NCBI GenBank assembly: GCA_964447495.1
Contig: CAYUTF010000019.1
Location: 1-48,552, forward strand
DNA: 48,552 nucleotides
From: an uncultured archaeon
Lineage (GTDB): Archaea; Asgardarchaeota; Lokiarchaeia; Sigyniarchaeales; SOKP01
Direction of reading: 5' to 3'
Below, piece by piece: positions 47,548-48,552 of the stretch (its first letter is position 1; the number at the start of each line of letters is the position of its first letter). Made by a program: the position numbers and the translations under genes. The notes under the pieces were generated by a model. That model was not told the origin of the DNA. It did no database searches and saw only the letters and a program-made list of their open reading frames with translations.

Positions 47548-48261
47548 ATGCCACTTAATTTTAAATCAAAATCTTCGGATCGTAATTTATTTTTAGAATC
47601 ATCTAATATAACAGAATTAACCCACGACAATAATGATAATAGAGTGAACGCAAGAGAAAAAGATGCTCTTATAGACGTGGAGATAGCAAATAATTCAATA
47701 TGGCGAGAGAAGAAAACATTTCATGTTGCTCTGGTAAGCACATTCTCTGATTTATCAGTTGTGTTAGGTTATATGTTGGCATACATCCCTAATATTGAGC
47801 TATTTACCTTATTTATTTTTATGTCTGGGTTTGTTTTAAGTAAAAGAGATGGTTTATTAACTGGGTTATTAAGTTCAGCGATATTTACATTTTATAACCC
47901 ATTAGGTCCCTCTCCTCCCCCGCTTTTTATATACCAATTAATCCATTATTCACTTACAGGCTATTTTGGTGGTATAACTAAAGAATTTCTAAGTAAGAAA
48001 AAATTTTTCAAACCAAAAGAGGACCTGTATGTCTTTCAAGTTTTGATTATTTTTGGAATAGTTGGTGGAACAATTACATTTATATATGATATTCTGAGTA
48101 CATTAATAGGTGGTTATATGGTTTCTATAACAATTGAGTATTTTATAACTTCTTATTTAGCAGGAATTATATTCACTCTGATTCATCTTGTTGGCAATGT
48201 TTTGGGATTTGTATTTATTTTACCCGGATTAATTCAACTAATAATGAGAATAATTGATTAA
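47548..48261 (+). CDS. ECF transporter S-component (CbrT-like)
   Basis: IPNIEL.T...F.SG, G, NP.G, YD and F...H...N, about 6 TM. True start probably downstream (GTG near 47677). Confidence 0.7.
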   Translation: MPLNFKSKSSDRNLFLESSNITELTHDNNDNRVNAREKDALIDVEIANNSIWREKKTFHVALVSTFSDLSVVLGYMLAYIPNIELFTLFIFMSGFVLSKRDGLLTGLLSSAIFTFYNPLGPSPPPLFIYQLIHYSLTGYFGGITKEFLSKKKFFKPKEDLYVFQVLIIFGIVGGTITFIYDILSTLIGGYMVSITIEYFITSYLAGIIFTLIHLVGNVLGFVFILPGLIQLIMRIID

Positions 48262-48316
48262 TTTGGCTAAAAATAAAAATTTTAAAAAATTAGTAAAGGT
48301 AAGATGTAATAATTTC

Positions 48317-48552
48317 TTATCCTGCTTTAGAAATAAGGGTTACTTTTCCACCCGCGGCTTCTATCTTTTCAATAGCTCGATTTGAAGCTTTTTTTACGGA
48401 GACATTCACTTTTTTATTGATTTCTCCACGTCCTAAAATTTTTTGGATATTCAATTTATCTAAATTAATGGTGTATATATTACCAGATTTAGTAGCATTA
48501 TTTTTTTGAGTTAAATTTTCAAGTTTTAAATCTAAATCTTTAACATTAATAG
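48317..48552 (-). CDS. rpl15: 50S ribosomal protein uL15, C-terminal part (truncated by the window edge)
   Basis: Hand translation ...INVKDL...KILGRGEINKKVNVSVKKASNRAIEKIEAAGGKVTL*, with the uL15 K.LG.G ... AS..A..KIEAAGG motif. Confidence 0.9.
   Translation of the reverse strand, partial: INVKDLDLKLENLTQKNNATKSGNIYTINLDKLNIQKILGRGEINKKVNVSVKKASNRAIEKIEAAGGKVTLISKAG

Noticed and set aside
47354-47680. Cobalamin riboswitch near the ECF/DUF4430 genes
   Set aside because: Only an isolated GCCACT is present, with no GGGAA or B12-box context and no supporting helices.
1-48552. Selenoprotein genes with in-frame UGA
   Set aside because: The recognised genes ending in TGA (ilvD, MTase, leuD, aroD, rpl1, M29 peptidase) appear complete at the stop, and no Cys-equivalent redox motif spans a UGA. 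Read-through after ilvD only runs into the overlapping M28 gene. This was a manual check, not an exhaustive scan.
1-48552. CRISPR arrays, IS elements, integrases, rRNA genes
   Set aside because: No regularly spaced repeats, transposase or integrase motifs, or rRNA-like stretches were seen.

Overview
AT-rich archaeal chromosomal window that looks like an Asgard archaeon, most likely Lokiarchaeia. The lineage is inferred from archaeal ribosomal proteins (uS2, uL11-uL1-uL10-P1, eL14, eL34, uL15), SecY and DUF106/EMC3, plus Vps28-like, roadblock, longin-like, Yip1-like and LITAF-like proteins. It carries much of the selenocysteine machinery: a 9/4 tRNA-Sec(UCA) 22 nt upstream of SepSecS, and SelB. 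It also carries amino-acid and shikimate biosynthesis genes, an orphan N6-adenine methyltransferase and several tandem paralog pairs. The most striking signal lies outside the ORF track. A 210-nt gene at 36852-37061 reconstructs, through four bulge-helix-bulge introns (one exon is only 6 nt), into a tRNA-Ile with the rare UAU anticodon. A second gene at 28295-28451 reconstructs into a three-intron tRNA-Ser(GGA). Both carry a 30-nt T-loop (59/60) intron starting AUGAUCA, which suggests intron transposition. Other observations: two unexplained long intergenic hairpins (one SECIS/K-turn-like, sitting where adk normally lies after secY), an internally deleted M28 peptidase remnant, two unannotated small ORFs, a scrambled L15-secY-adk-L34e locus and a co-directional cluster of trafficking-like genes. 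All calls come from reading motifs and hand-folding; no database searches were run.
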